Assembly (NCBI GenBank): GCA_019307135.1
Contig: JAFDKF010000004.1
Coordinates: 2,591 to 66,590, forward strand
Direction of reading: 5' to 3'
DNA: 64,000 nucleotides
DNA from: Deltaproteobacteria bacterium
Lineage (GTDB): Bacteria > Desulfobacterota > Desulfobacteria > Desulfobacterales > C00003060
Both the position numbers and the translations under genes were made by a program. Positions 28,260-38,556 of the stretch are shown piece by piece (within the stretch, counting starts at the first letter, position 1; each line of letters begins with the position of its first letter). A model generated the notes under the pieces. The model ran no database searches. It was not told where the DNA came from and saw only the letters and a list, made by a program, of their open reading frames with translations.

Positions 28260-31063
28260 TGGTGGCAAAATCAACAATTGATCAGCTCATCATCAATTCT
28301 CCCTACGAAGAGCCAAAGCATTACTGGAGCTATGACAGGGAGACACGGTTGTTTGCGCTCAAAGAGGGGAGGCGTCCGGCGGGCTATGTGGTTGCTTCAG
28401 ATGGATCAAAGGCATTTGATGATCCCGGTGTTTTTGTTGAAATACCCCTGGTAAACCAGATCAGGACCCGCGTCGATGCGTGGCGTGAAAACGGATATGC
28501 GGGAGTTACGGGGATTACTAAACGATTATTAGAGCATTGGAAGAATCCCGAGGAACGGGAATATCGCCGGTTCTTTTTTTGCCAGTTGGAGGCCATTGAG
28601 ACGCTCATCTGGCTCACCGAAGCGTCGGATGCGGAGAAGGTGGGCATAGATATTCCCTTGGATGGAGGGCCGTTTAAGCGGCTTTGTTCCAAGATGGCAA
28701 CCGGCTCCGGCAAGACGATTGTAATGGCCATGCTGATTTCCTGGCAGGTATTGAACAAGGTCACTTATCCTCAGGATGCAAGGTTTTCAAAATATGTTTT
28801 CGTTGTGGCACCGGGTCTTACGGTGAAAAGCCGTCTTCAAGTGTTGATGCCTTCCGGTCGTGAAAACTACTATGACGAGTTCAATGTCGTACCAGTTGGG
28901 CTCAAGGAAAAACTGCGCCAGGGTAAAATCCTCATCCGTAACTGGCACGCCCTTCAATGGGAGAGCGAAGAAAAGATCGCCAAAAAGAAGAGCGTGGATA
29001 AAAGGGGTGTGAAGAGTAACGAGGCATATGTCCATGAAGTCTTAGGCGAGATGGCGAAGGCAAATAACATTGTTGTGATCAATGATGAAGCCCACCATGC
29101 GTGGCGCGTGCCTGCCGAGTCAAAGGTAAAAGGGCTAAAAAAGGCAGAATTAGAAGAAGCGACCATATGGGTGAACGGACTGGATCGAATCCATGAGGCG
29201 AGAAACATATTAAGCTGCCACGATTTTTCAGCCACCCCATTCGCACCATCGGGCAAGAAGAGTTCTGAAGAGGCCCTTTTCGTATGGATTATTAGCGATT
29301 TCGGGTTGAATGACGCCATAGAGTCAGGTCTCGTAAAGACCCCGCGAGTAGTCATCCGTGATGATGGTAAACTGACCAAGGAGTATAAGTCCCGTCTTTA
29401 CCATATTTACAATGACCCTGAAGTCAAAGACGATATTAACCGGAAAGCAGAACCGCACGAACCCATGCCCGATCTGGTAACCAATGGGTATTATCTTTTG
29501 GGGAAGGACTGGCTGGAAACAGCCAAAGCCTGGGAAGATGCTGGATTCAAGACCCCTCCGGTTATGATTTCTGTGGCGAACCGGACCGAGACTGCCGCAC
29601 GCGTAAAATATGCCTTTGATCATAAAAAGATCCGTATTGATGAGTTGTGCATCCCCGAAAAAATCCTCCATATTGATTCCAAGGTCCTTGAGTTGGCCGA
29701 ATCCCAGGAAGAGGCAGTTTCCTTTGATGATGCTGCTCAGGGGGATGGATCGGAAAAGGGGCAAACCCGTAGGTTATCGAAAAAGGAACTTGCAGAATCT
29801 CTCCGCAAAACCGTTGACACCGTCGGCCAGGCCGGGAAACAGGGGGCATCAGTACAGAAAGTGATCTCTGTGGGTATGCTTTCCGAGGGATGGGACGCAA
29901 AGACCGTGACGCATATAATGGGACTTCGCGCCTTCTCCAGCCAATTGCTGTGTGAACAGGTGGTTGGCCGGGGTCTGAGGAGGACCTCTTACGAAGTCAA
30001 TTCGGAAACAGGCCTTTTTGAAGCCGAGTATGTCAATATCTTTGGGGTGCCGTTTACTTTCCTGCCGCACGAATCCAAGGACGGTCCTCCGCCGCCTCCA
30101 CCAGAACCAAAAACACGCATTGAACCGGTCATTGAGAAAAGCCAATTCGAAATAAGCTGGCCAAATGTCATTCGCATCGAACATGTATTCAAACCGGTGC
30201 TGAAGCTCGATATGAATAGAGTCCCACCCCTGGAGTTATCGGCCTATGATACTGCAACCCTGGCAGAGCTTGCTCCCATGGTGGAAGGAAAGCCCGATGT
30301 GACCCGGATCTCTACTATTGACCTGGAGGATCTGGGACGAAAATTCAGGATGCAGAAGATCATCTTTGAAACGGCAAGAGATGTCTTTGATCAAATGAAA
30401 CCCGGTTGGAAAGCAAGCAAGGAGTATTTGCTGGCCCAGTTGATACGGCTGGTAGAGGCGTTTATTGCATCTGATAGGATTCAAATAGTACCGCCGCTTT
30501 TTTATCAGGATGACATTAAACGTCGCATTCTCTTGACGCTTAACATGAACAAAGTGGTCCAGCACATCTGGGAAGCCATTCGTTTTGAGAATTCAGAATC
30601 CATTGAACCTATATTTGACAGAGACTTTCCTATTCGTTCTACTGAGGATATGCAGGCGTGGTATACGGGAAGACCCTGTGAACACACCCGGAAATCTCAT
30701 ATCAACATGTGTGTTTTTGACAGTACCTGGGAGGCCAGTGAAGCCTTTGAATTGGATCACAACCGCCATGTTGAGGCATGGGTAAAAAATGACCACCTTG
30801 GCTTTGAAATTCTTTATGTCTTTGGAGGAGTAGTCAGAAAATATCGACCGGATTTCATTATCCGGCTCAAGACCGCCGATCTTCTCATTCTGGAAACTAA
30901 AGGACAGGACACTCAGCGCGATAAGACAAAACGCAGGTTCTTGGATGAATGGGTGAGGGCTGTCAATGAACATGGCGGTTTTGGAAAGTGGGAATGGGCA
31001 GTATCCAAGAACCCTGCGGATGTAAAAATGATCATCGAGGATGCGGTCCGGAGTCGTTGCTGA
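28259..31063 (+). CDS. res: Type III restriction endonuclease (Res)
   Basis: MATGSGKT, NDEAHH, SATP, MLSEGWD, EQVVGRGLRR; C-term YRPDF...LETKG nuclease. Confidence 0.93.
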   Translation: MVAKSTIDQLIINSPYEEPKHYWSYDRETRLFALKEGRRPAGYVVASDGSKAFDDPGVFVEIPLVNQIRTRVDAWRENGYAGVTGITKRLLEHWKNPEEREYRRFFFCQLEAIETLIWLTEASDAEKVGIDIPLDGGPFKRLCSKMATGSGKTIVMAMLISWQVLNKVTYPQDARFSKYVFVVAPGLTVKSRLQVLMPSGRENYYDEFNVVPVGLKEKLRQGKILIRNWHALQWESEEKIAKKKSVDKRGVKSNEAYVHEVLGEMAKANNIVVINDEAHHAWRVPAESKVKGLKKAELEEATIWVNGLDRIHEARNILSCHDFSATPFAPSGKKSSEEALFVWIISDFGLNDAIESGLVKTPRVVIRDDGKLTKEYKSRLYHIYNDPEVKDDINRKAEPHEPMPDLVTNGYYLLGKDWLETAKAWEDAGFKTPPVMISVANRTETAARVKYAFDHKKIRIDELCIPEKILHIDSKVLELAESQEEAVSFDDAAQGDGSEKGQTRRLSKKELAESLRKTVDTVGQAGKQGASVQKVISVGMLSEGWDAKTVTHIMGLRAFSSQLLCEQVVGRGLRRTSYEVNSETGLFEAEYVNIFGVPFTFLPHESKDGPPPPPPEPKTRIEPVIEKSQFEISWPNVIRIEHVFKPVLKLDMNRVPPLELSAYDTATLAELAPMVEGKPDVTRISTIDLEDLGRKFRMQKIIFETARDVFDQMKPGWKASKEYLLAQLIRLVEAFIASDRIQIVPPLFYQDDIKRRILLTLNMNKVVQHIWEAIRFENSESIEPIFDRDFPIRSTEDMQAWYTGRPCEHTRKSHINMCVFDSTWEASEAFELDHNRHVEAWVKNDHLGFEILYVFGGVVRKYRPDFIIRLKTADLLILETKGQDTQRDKTKRRFLDEWVRAVNEHGGFGKWEWAVSKNPADVKMIIEDAVRSRC

Positions 31064-31089
31064 GGGGCTGATAGGAACCTTCAGGGACG

Positions 31090-31192
31090 TTAGGGGAACG
31101 CCTTTTAGTTTTCCAGTTTCTAAGTAATCCTTTTAGAGCCGGTTCATGATGGCAAGGAAGTCGCAAGAAAGTCGAAGATAGATGAAGATTGT
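31090..31192. repeat. ~100-bp dispersed repeat
   Basis: CAGTTTCTAAGTAATCCTTTTAGAGCCGGTTCATGA...GCAAGAAAGTCGAAGATAGA recurs at 54947-55025 and 55272-55352. Confidence 0.85.
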
Positions 31193-31285
31193 GAGCAATG
31201 ATGAAAGTATGTACGAGGCACGGAGGGAAATATTGGGGACGCTCTTTGGTTTTACAGGAAAGAACAGGGGAAAACATGCGGCCGC

Positions 31286-31330
31286 GTCTACACTCTTGAC
31301 AACGACTTCTTATCTGTCAAGAGTGTAGAC
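31286..31330. repeat. Perfect 16-bp inverted repeat
   Basis: GTCTACACTCTTGACA-N13-TGTCAAGAGTGTAGAC. Confidence 0.9.
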
Positions 31331-31626
31331 TCCACTTTTCTCAGAAAAACGGACAAACTCAGCATGTGGACGCTGGATACCGATTACGACGGAAAGGATT
31401 TTTTCCAAAGACAGGTATTTTTTTCCGTGTGACCGGCCAAAAGGACGGCTGGTCGCGCCTGGCAAAGAACCTGAAGGCGGAGATCGACGAGGAACTTATT
31501 GAAGCCTATCGAGGAACGATTTCGTTGCCGTTTGAAATCGGTGAGAATAAGCGTATCGCAGTTAAGATCGTGGATGATAGGGGCTGATAGGGGCATAGAA
31601 AGCCTCAAAATAGAGGAGGTTTAATA

Positions 31627-31932
31627 ATGGGCCAAATCAACATTGAAATACCAAAAGAAGAAATCGTCAGGTTTTGTAAAAGAAATCATATTGTAAAACT
31701 CTCAATTTTTGGCTCTGCCTTGCAAAAAGACTTCGGCCCTGACAGTGATATTGATCTGCTTGTTGAATTTGATCCTGATCGTATCCCCGGTCTTATCCGG
31801 CTGGCCGGTATGGAAATTGAGATGGCTGAAATCATTGGGCGCAAAGTGGACATCAGGACCCCTCAGGATTTGAGTCCTTACTTCAGAAACGAGATACTTG
31901 ACACCGCAGAGGTGCAATATGCAGAAGGATAA
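31627..31932 (+). CDS. MNT antitoxin, second copy
   Basis: Same protein as 27632-27937 except the first few residues. Confidence 0.92.
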   Translation: MGQINIEIPKEEIVRFCKRNHIVKLSIFGSALQKDFGPDSDIDLLVEFDPDRIPGLIRLAGMEIEMAEIIGRKVDIRTPQDLSPYFRNEILDTAEVQYAEG

Positions 31933-32254
31933 TTTCATTCTGTTGCGTCATATGCTCGATGCTGCCAGAGAAGCAGTATCTTTTGCCGCAAACAACACAA
32001 GAGATTCTTTGAACACAGACCGCAAACTTGAGCTTGCTCTTATAAAGTGCATTGAAATTGTTGGAGAAGCTGCGTCTAAGGTAAGTATTGATTATCGTGA
32101 AAATACGTCTCAAGTCCCATGGGCCAATATTATCTCTATGAGAAATCGTCTGATACATGGGTATTTTGACATCAATCTTGACATTCTTTGGCAAACCGTA
32201 GTTGAAGACCTCCCGCCCTTAATTGCGGAACTTGAGAAAATCATAGAGGTATAA
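31919..32254 (+). CDS. HepT/DUF86 toxin, second copy
   Basis: MRNRLIHGY; a few substitutions relative to copy 1. Confidence 0.92.
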   Translation: MQKDNFILLRHMLDAAREAVSFAANNTRDSLNTDRKLELALIKCIEIVGEAASKVSIDYRENTSQVPWANIISMRNRLIHGYFDINLDILWQTVVEDLPPLIAELEKIIEV

Positions 32255-32491
32255 TGGTGGCAAAATCAACAGCGGTAGTCGATACCATCTACAGGTTTCG
32301 AAATGTATACGTGGCTCATCAGGATAGAGAACTGAGTGATCCAGAGCTTGCAAGACAAGCGCTCAAAGATTGGACGAATGGGCCTTATCGGTTATGGAGT
32401 TGTCGTTGAGGGGCACTTCGGGGTTTGTGGACAGATTTCGATCATGCAGGTCCACAAAAACAGAGTAGGAAGGCCACATCAGGAGGGCGTG

Positions 32492-33277
32492 ATGAAGGTT
32501 TTAGCTACCATAATTTCCATCTGCTTGACACTTTTTTTGGTGTGCGTGAGCTGTTCGAGAGAAGAACCGGCTCCGCCCCCGGTACAAAAAACCAAGGTCA
32601 GAAAGCACATCAAAATGCCTCCGCCGGAAAAGGCCAAGACTTCAATAACCAGTGGGGAGGAGAAGGCTAAAACTGAGGCGAAGGAAGGCGGAAAGGTAAA
32701 GACCGCGGCCATTGAAGAGAGGGCATTAAAGACGCCGGAAACGGATGGCGGAGAAAACGAAACTGAAATAGAGGAAGTGATCGGATATTATATCGCAAAA
32801 AAGGGGGACAGCCTGTCCAGTATAGCAGCGAGAGAGGATGTGTACGGAGACCCATTGAAATGGCCTATCCTTTATCGGCTTAACATGGACAAACTTGGCA
32901 AATTGCAGTTTGGAGAAGGTCTTCCGGACGGGGAGGTTCCTGAGGGACTAAGGCTGAGAATTCTCTCGCCTAATGAGATAAGGGAAAATCTAAAAAGGAT
33001 AGGCCATAATGTGTGGGTGGTTAGTGTTCTATCCGGCACAACTGATCGAGAGATCATTCCTGCTGCAATCAGACTTATTAGGAATGGATACCCGGTTTAC
33101 ATCACCCGTGTCACAGTAAAGGCAAAGGATTGGATGAGACTCCGTGTCGGTTTTTTCAAGAACAGAAGCGATGCCGATAAGGAGGGGAAGAAGATAAGGA
33201 GCATGTTGAATCTCCATGATTCCTGGATCACCAAAGTAGGGAAGCAAGAACTTGAGGAATTTGGTGGTTATTATTAG
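32492..33277 (+). CDS. Lipoprotein with LysM-like and SPOR domains
   Basis: AGGAGG RBS; lipobox CVSC; YIAKKGDSLSSIA...YGDPLKWPILYRLN; WMRLRVGFF. Confidence 0.8.
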   Translation: MKVLATIISICLTLFLVCVSCSREEPAPPPVQKTKVRKHIKMPPPEKAKTSITSGEEKAKTEAKEGGKVKTAAIEERALKTPETDGGENETEIEEVIGYYIAKKGDSLSSIAAREDVYGDPLKWPILYRLNMDKLGKLQFGEGLPDGEVPEGLRLRILSPNEIRENLKRIGHNVWVVSVLSGTTDREIIPAAIRLIRNGYPVYITRVTVKAKDWMRLRVGFFKNRSDADKEGKKIRSMLNLHDSWITKVGKQELEEFGGYY

Positions 33278-33387
33278 AGAGGAATTGAGCGTTGTAGCGG
33301 ACCCATAGAACCTCAAACTGAAACCTGCAAAACTGAACGTCCCCCATTTGTCACAAAACATTTGCTACGTGAGAGCTTGGAGGCTTC

Positions 33388-33543
33388 ATGACACTCAAGA
33401 CGCGATTTCTCATCGGCCTCGTAGTTTTGTCTATCGTTGATGCGGTTATCCCCGTCCCGATTGTTGGCTTGATTTTGTTTTTTGTTTTACTGCAGAAGCC
33501 CCCTTGGTTTCAGAAGTTGGTGAATGAACTCTACGAGGAGTAG
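33388..33543 (+). CDS. Small membrane protein (51 aa, below ORF-track cutoff)
   Basis: GGAGG + ATG; MTLKTRFLIGLVVLSIVDAVIPVPIVGLILFFVLLQKPPWFQKLVNELYEE*. Confidence 0.7.
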   Translation: MTLKTRFLIGLVVLSIVDAVIPVPIVGLILFFVLLQKPPWFQKLVNELYEE

Positions 33544-33566
33544 GAGGATATTGGGAACATCCTTAA

Positions 33567-33744
33567 GGGCTCGCGCAAAAATAACTTGGCAGATTTCGTG
33601 CTCAGATTTGGGTGAGATTTGGTCGATCCGATTGAGCAAAACCGCAGGAATAGCAGGCTATTTCGAGGGTTTTGCGAATGAGTATCGGCCAAAAATCGCC
33701 TGAAGCTGAGATGCCAAAATGGTAAGTTATTTTTGCGCGAGCCC
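33567..33744. mobile_element. MITE with 21-bp perfect TIRs and TAA target duplication (IS5/PIF-like)
   Basis: TAA|GGGCTCGCGCAAAAATAACTT ... AAGTTATTTTTGCGCGAGCCC|TAA. Confidence 0.88.
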
Positions 33745-33766
33745 TAACTGTTGGCAGGAGGATTTC

Positions 33767-34294
33767 ATGTCCGTTAAGGTTCACGAGATAACCAATTTGT
33801 ACAATGGCAAGATATTTAATGTTGTTCTTGAGAAGGTGACCCTGCCAAACGGGGCGATCAAAAACCGGGAAATCGTTCGCCATCCCGGTGCTGCGGCTAT
33901 GGTGCCGCTGCTTGACGATGGAAAGGTTGTTTTGATCAGGCAATACCGCCATGCCGTGGGTGAATTCCTCTGGGAGATACCGGCCGGAACCCTGGAGCCG
34001 GATGAAGTCCCTGTTGAGTGTGCTCGACGAGAATTAGTGGAAGAAACAGGCTATGAAGCCTCAAGCTTTGACAAATTTGCAGAAATTCTGCCTGCCCCCG
34101 GATACACGGATGAGCATATCCACATTTTTCTGGCCACCGGATTGAGATCGGTCGAGCAGAAGCTTGAGGATGACGAGGTCTTGCAGGCCCGACCTACACC
34201 CTTTGACACCGCCCTTGAAATGATCACAAAGGGTGAAATCCAGGATGCCAAGACGATCGTAGGGCTTTTGCTGACGTCGCTGAAAAGATCATGA
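33767..34294 (+). CDS. NUDIX hydrolase (ADP-ribose pyrophosphatase-like)
   Basis: HPGA, QYR, EIPAGTLE...CARRELVEETG Nudix box, IQDAKT. Confidence 0.92.
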   Translation: MSVKVHEITNLYNGKIFNVVLEKVTLPNGAIKNREIVRHPGAAAMVPLLDDGKVVLIRQYRHAVGEFLWEIPAGTLEPDEVPVECARRELVEETGYEASSFDKFAEILPAPGYTDEHIHIFLATGLRSVEQKLEDDEVLQARPTPFDTALEMITKGEIQDAKTIVGLLLTSLKRS

Positions 34295-34439
34295 ATTGTA
34301 TTCTTTTGTCTCTCACAGAGCCCGCGGAGACACAGAGTTCTTGAAGTGCAAAATGAAAATCATCTCTGTGATCTCTGCGGGCTCAAGCGACTAAAGGGAG
34401 CGGGCGAGAGATTCTTAGCCCTGCGATGAACTAAGCCAA

Positions 34440-36545
34440 TCACGTGGAAATCTTGGAAAAATCGGCAAAGATGGAAAAGACTTCGGCGATCTCTCCAAGG
34501 AGAGCCAGGCGGTTTTGTTTTAAACGCTCATCCTCGGTTAAGACCATAACCCCGTCAAAAAAGGCATCCACTGGCCCTTTCAGGGTCGCAACAGTCAGCA
34601 GGGCACGGTCAAAGGCTGCCCTTTTCAGATCTTCGGATATCTCCTGCTTCACCCTTTGCAAGGTGTCATAAAGGGCTTGCTCGCACGGTTCCTGAAACAG
34701 GCCAGGGTCTGTTTTTGCCTGACTCTGAGCCGCACTTGGAGGAATCTCCCCCCGTTGCCTGGCCTGTTTGATAATGTTGACCACCCGCCTGAAGGCTATG
34801 GCCAGGGGCTCAAAATCCGGCTTGGCTTTGAGGGTTTCCAGGGCCTCCGTCCTCTTCAGGACAGCCGGGATGTTATCCATTGAAGCGCTGGTCACGGCGG
34901 AGATGAGATCCTTGGCAAATCCCTGTTCAGCCAAAAGGTGTTCCATCCGGTGCCGGAAGAAGGTGAGGACATCTTGGGCGGTTTGGTCTGTGTCTCCGGA
35001 TATCTTGTCGTGCAAAAGCCCAAGGCTTTTTTGAATCAGTCCTTTTATCGAAGAGCGAAAGGCCCGGGCCAGCATGGTCTGGATAATTCCCACGGCCTGG
35101 CGTCTGAGGGCGTAAGGATCGGAGGTGCCGCTCGGGATGAGACCGATTCCAAAGCAGCCGCAGATCGTATCTAACTTGTCAGCGATACTAAGGAGTGCAC
35201 CTGCCGGGTTTTCAGGGAGTGGACCTCCAGCATAGGCCGGCAGGTAGTGCTCCTCAATGGCCCGGGCAACCGCCTCGGGTTCCCCTGCCCGAGCCGCATA
35301 AATGCGGCCCATCACCCCCTGGAGCTTTGGAAACTCATTGACCATTTGGGTCGTCAGGTCGGATTTGCACAACCATGCTGCCCGCGATACTGTGGGTTTG
35401 AGTTCAGGGGTTATCAATTCGGCAAGGTGCTCGGCCAGCTTCTGGACGCGACATACCTTCTCAAACACGGTGCCAAGTTTGGCCTGAAACAGCACACCCT
35501 TTAGCCGCCCAACCATTTCATGGGGGGAAGTCGTTGCGTCGGTTTCAAAAAAGAAGCGGGCATCCTCAAGCCTGGCCCGAATGACCCGCTCGTGTCCGGA
35601 GGTGACCACGGCTATATCTTCGACGGGTGTGTTGTTCACCGCAATAAAACAGGACAACAATTGATGATCTGAACTCACCACGGCGAAATACTTTTGATGC
35701 TCCCGCATGGCAGTGATCAGGACTTCACGGGGAAGCTTGAGAAAAGCCTCATCAAAGCTTCCGGCAGACACCGCCGGGTACTCCACCAGATTGGTGACGA
35801 TATCAAGCAGATCATCATCAGAGATCACCTCACCACCAAGCTTGCGTGCGGCTTTGGCTATTTCTTCCCGGATTATGTTCTTACGCTCTGCAATATCCAC
35901 CACCACACAGGCTGATCGGAGGACATCCACGTATTCGGAAAAATCGGAAATGGCAATGGACCTCGGATGCATGAAGCGATGGCCAACAGTGCGCCGGCCG
36001 CTCCTGATGTTTTCCAGCTTGAAAGGGATGATCCGGTCTCCGAAAAGAGCCAGGATCGAATGAATAGGCCTGGCAAAAGTCAGGCTGAAATCCGACCACC
36101 GCATTGACTTGGGGAAGGGGATAGCGGCAATGACCTCGGGGATGATGCTTTGCAGGAATCTCCATGAGGCCAGTGCACGCTCAACCTTTTTGACACACAC
36201 ATAATCCCCTCTGGCTGTAGTCTTGATGCTCAGGCGATTCACCGAAACCCCCTGACTCTTTGCAAAGCCTTCGGCCGCCATCGTGGGCCGTCCTTCAGTG
36301 TCAAAGGCCACTGTTTTTGGTGGACCCACAACTTCTTTTGTCACAGATGCTTGCCGTTCAGCCACATCCCGAACTATAAGGGCCAGACGCCTCGGCGTTC
36401 CAAAGGTCTCCCCGGCTTGGGCGGATTCGATGCGGGCCTGTGAAAGCTTTTCCACCATGAGGGCTGCCATGGCCTCAAGGGCGGGTGCAATATATCCCGC
36501 GGGAATTTCTTCGGTGACAATTTCAACAAGTAAGGTCTTCATCAT
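34440..36545 (-). CDS. glyS: Glycyl-tRNA synthetase beta subunit
   Basis: TEEIP, TPRRL, FPKSMRW, FARP, EFPKLQG, DPYALRR, NRLALL. Confidence 0.97.
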   Translation of the reverse strand: MMKTLLVEIVTEEIPAGYIAPALEAMAALMVEKLSQARIESAQAGETFGTPRRLALIVRDVAERQASVTKEVVGPPKTVAFDTEGRPTMAAEGFAKSQGVSVNRLSIKTTARGDYVCVKKVERALASWRFLQSIIPEVIAAIPFPKSMRWSDFSLTFARPIHSILALFGDRIIPFKLENIRSGRRTVGHRFMHPRSIAISDFSEYVDVLRSACVVVDIAERKNIIREEIAKAARKLGGEVISDDDLLDIVTNLVEYPAVSAGSFDEAFLKLPREVLITAMREHQKYFAVVSSDHQLLSCFIAVNNTPVEDIAVVTSGHERVIRARLEDARFFFETDATTSPHEMVGRLKGVLFQAKLGTVFEKVCRVQKLAEHLAELITPELKPTVSRAAWLCKSDLTTQMVNEFPKLQGVMGRIYAARAGEPEAVARAIEEHYLPAYAGGPLPENPAGALLSIADKLDTICGCFGIGLIPSGTSDPYALRRQAVGIIQTMLARAFRSSIKGLIQKSLGLLHDKISGDTDQTAQDVLTFFRHRMEHLLAEQGFAKDLISAVTSASMDNIPAVLKRTEALETLKAKPDFEPLAIAFRRVVNIIKQARQRGEIPPSAAQSQAKTDPGLFQEPCEQALYDTLQRVKQEISEDLKRAAFDRALLTVATLKGPVDAFFDGVMVLTEDERLKQNRLALLGEIAEVFSIFADFSKIST

Positions 36546-36593
36546 TCCTTATTCGCTATTTGTAAAATTGGAAATCGTTGACCGATTTTTGAT

Positions 36594-37469
36594 TCACGAT
36601 GCACTGACCAGGGGAAATCCCATGGCTCTTCTTTGTTCGAGATATGCCTCGCCGCAGGCGCGGGCCAGGTTCCTCACGCGGGCAATATAGCCTGTCCTCT
36701 CTGTCACACTAATGGCACCACGGGCATCGAGCAGGTTAAAGGTGTGTGAACACTTCAGGCAATATTCGTAAGCCGGAAGTACCAGGGAAGCCGCGACGAC
36801 CCGCTGGCATTCGGCTTCATACATGTCAAACAGGGCAAGCAGCATCTTGACATCGGCCTGTTCAAAGTTGTAGGTCGATTGTTCCACTTCTGCCCGATGG
36901 TGTAAGTCTCCGTAGGAGATGGAATCGTTCCACTTGAGGTTGTAAACGTTGTCCACACCCTGCAAATACATGGCGATCCTTTCCAGGCCATATGTGATTT
37001 CAACAGAGATGGGATCGAGTTCCATGCTGGCAGCCTGTTGAAAATAGGTAAATTGGGTGATCTCCATTCCATCAAGCCACACTTCCCACCCAAGGCCTGA
37101 TGCGCCGAGGGTAGGTGATTCCCAGTCATCTTCAACAAAGCGGATGTCGTGGGCCAGGAGATCAATCCCGAGGGCTTTGAGGCTTCTTAGATATGTGTCC
37201 TGGACATTAAGAGGGGAAGGCTTCAGGATGACCTGATACTGGTAGTAGTGTTGAAGCCGGTTGGGGTTTTCCCCGTAACGGCCATCGGTGGGACGACGAG
37301 AAGGCTCCACATAGGCCACCCGCCATGGTTCAGGACCGAGCACTCTCAAAAGGGTGTCTGGATGAAAGGTGCCAGCCCCGACTTCGATGTCATAGGGTTG
37401 CTGCAAGATGCAACGCTGTCGCGCCCAAAAATTTTCCAGGGTCTGGATAAGCTTCTGGAATGTCAGCAT
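36594..37469 (-). CDS. glyQ: Glycyl-tRNA synthetase alpha subunit
   Basis: [43 protein letters not shown]. Confidence 0.98.
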   Translation of the reverse strand: MLTFQKLIQTLENFWARQRCILQQPYDIEVGAGTFHPDTLLRVLGPEPWRVAYVEPSRRPTDGRYGENPNRLQHYYQYQVILKPSPLNVQDTYLRSLKALGIDLLAHDIRFVEDDWESPTLGASGLGWEVWLDGMEITQFTYFQQAASMELDPISVEITYGLERIAMYLQGVDNVYNLKWNDSISYGDLHHRAEVEQSTYNFEQADVKMLLALFDMYEAECQRVVAASLVLPAYEYCLKCSHTFNLLDARGAISVTERTGYIARVRNLARACGEAYLEQRRAMGFPLVSAS

Positions 37470-37579
37470 GTTGTTTCCTTCAAGACGTTTCTTGTTAGAC
37501 AGGATTGACAGGATCTAATGGATTTTTTCATAAAATCGCTCTGCGATTTTATCACTGAAAGAGCCGGTTTGTAAAGGAA

Positions 37580-38356
37580 TCAATGCGGAAGTGCGGAATT
37601 GAGCTGTTTCAAGAACCTCAAGCTTTTTGTTTCTTTCCCGAGATAGTACGGTACAAAGGCTTCAAGCATTCGTAGGCTTTCCTCAATCGCCTGGCTGGAA
37701 AACCGGAGTCGATCGAGTTTTTCTAATGGTGCGTTCAAAACCCAGCAAAGGAGTTTGACAGTTCCCCTGGAAAGATAAAGGGGACCTGCTTCTTGAGGGG
37801 CGCATTTTTCGCATAACACCCCTCCCCGCCTGACATTGAATGCAACAGAGGAGCGCACAAAACGCTCGAGGGGCGTCCGGCAGATGTTGCAATGATCAAG
37901 GCCGGGTCTAAAACCGCTTATGGTCATGAAGCGAAGCTGAAAAGTGATGTGAAGCGTGTGCTCAGACAGGCTACCACGGTTGAGCTGATCCAGTGTATGC
38001 TCAAGGAGCCTGTACACAGAAACCTGCTGTTGGCCTTGCTCCATCCATGTATAGACCAACTCGCACCAGTAACTGGCATAGGCTGTCCAGGCAATATTGG
38101 TTCGGATCTGCTCGAAAGCATGGACCGCCGAGGCCTCATTGAGGGTTGGCAGCCCCCCCCTTCGGCCGAAGCTCCATACCAGGTTTAAGACCGAAAAGAG
38201 TTCTAGAACCCCTGCAAACCGCTTGATGCTCTTTTTCACCCCCCTGGCTATGACCGAGATTTTGCCTCGCTTAAGGGTAAAGAAGGTAATGATCTTGTCA
38301 TAGTCACCGTGCTCGATGGCGCGAAGCATGATGGCGGGGGAAGACAGATGCGGCAT
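37580..38356 (-). CDS. recO: DNA repair protein RecO
   Basis: DKIITFFT..GKISVIARG, CNIC...GGVLCEKC; recO-glyQ-glyS order. Confidence 0.95.
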   Translation of the reverse strand: MPHLSSPAIMLRAIEHGDYDKIITFFTLKRGKISVIARGVKKSIKRFAGVLELFSVLNLVWSFGRRGGLPTLNEASAVHAFEQIRTNIAWTAYASYWCELVYTWMEQGQQQVSVYRLLEHTLDQLNRGSLSEHTLHITFQLRFMTISGFRPGLDHCNICRTPLERFVRSSVAFNVRRGGVLCEKCAPQEAGPLYLSRGTVKLLCWVLNAPLEKLDRLRFSSQAIEESLRMLEAFVPYYLGKETKSLRFLKQLNSALPH

Positions 38357-38364
38357 AAGCGCTA

Positions 38365-38553
38365 TGTTACCGTTAACGGGTTCAATGGTTCAGGGGTTCA
38401 GGGGTTCAGGGGTTCAGGGGTTCAGGGTTCAATTGAAAAAATAGAGGTCAGAGATCAGAGGTCTGATTTCTGATTTCTGATTTCTGACTTCTGACTTCTG
38501 ACTTCTGACTTCTGACTTCTGAACGGTGAACTCTGAACCTGTGAACGCTTACG
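38365..38553. mobile_element. Heptamer/octamer-filled MITE-like element
   Basis: GTTACCGTTAACGGGTTC ... GAACCTGTGAACGCTTAC ends; (GGTTCAGG)n and (TCTGACT)n inside. Confidence 0.7.
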
Positions 38554-38556
38554 GCG

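Larger units (their letters stand above)
27381..28276 (+). repeat. ~0.9 kb direct repeat, copy 1 (Mod 3' end, MNT, HepT, first codons of Res)
   Basis: Aligns with 31363-32271 with scattered substitutions. Confidence 0.95.
31363..32271 (+). repeat. ~0.9 kb direct repeat, copy 2; begins with a dead Mod 3' fragment
   Basis: Mod tail interrupted by a 10-bp tandem duplication TGATAGGGGC; ends after MVAKST of Res. Confidence 0.95.

Noticed and set aside
16600-32300. Prophage or integrative element
   Set aside because: Only ORF6N and Gp37/Gp68 remnants; no integrase, structural or conjugation genes, tRNA target or att repeats seen
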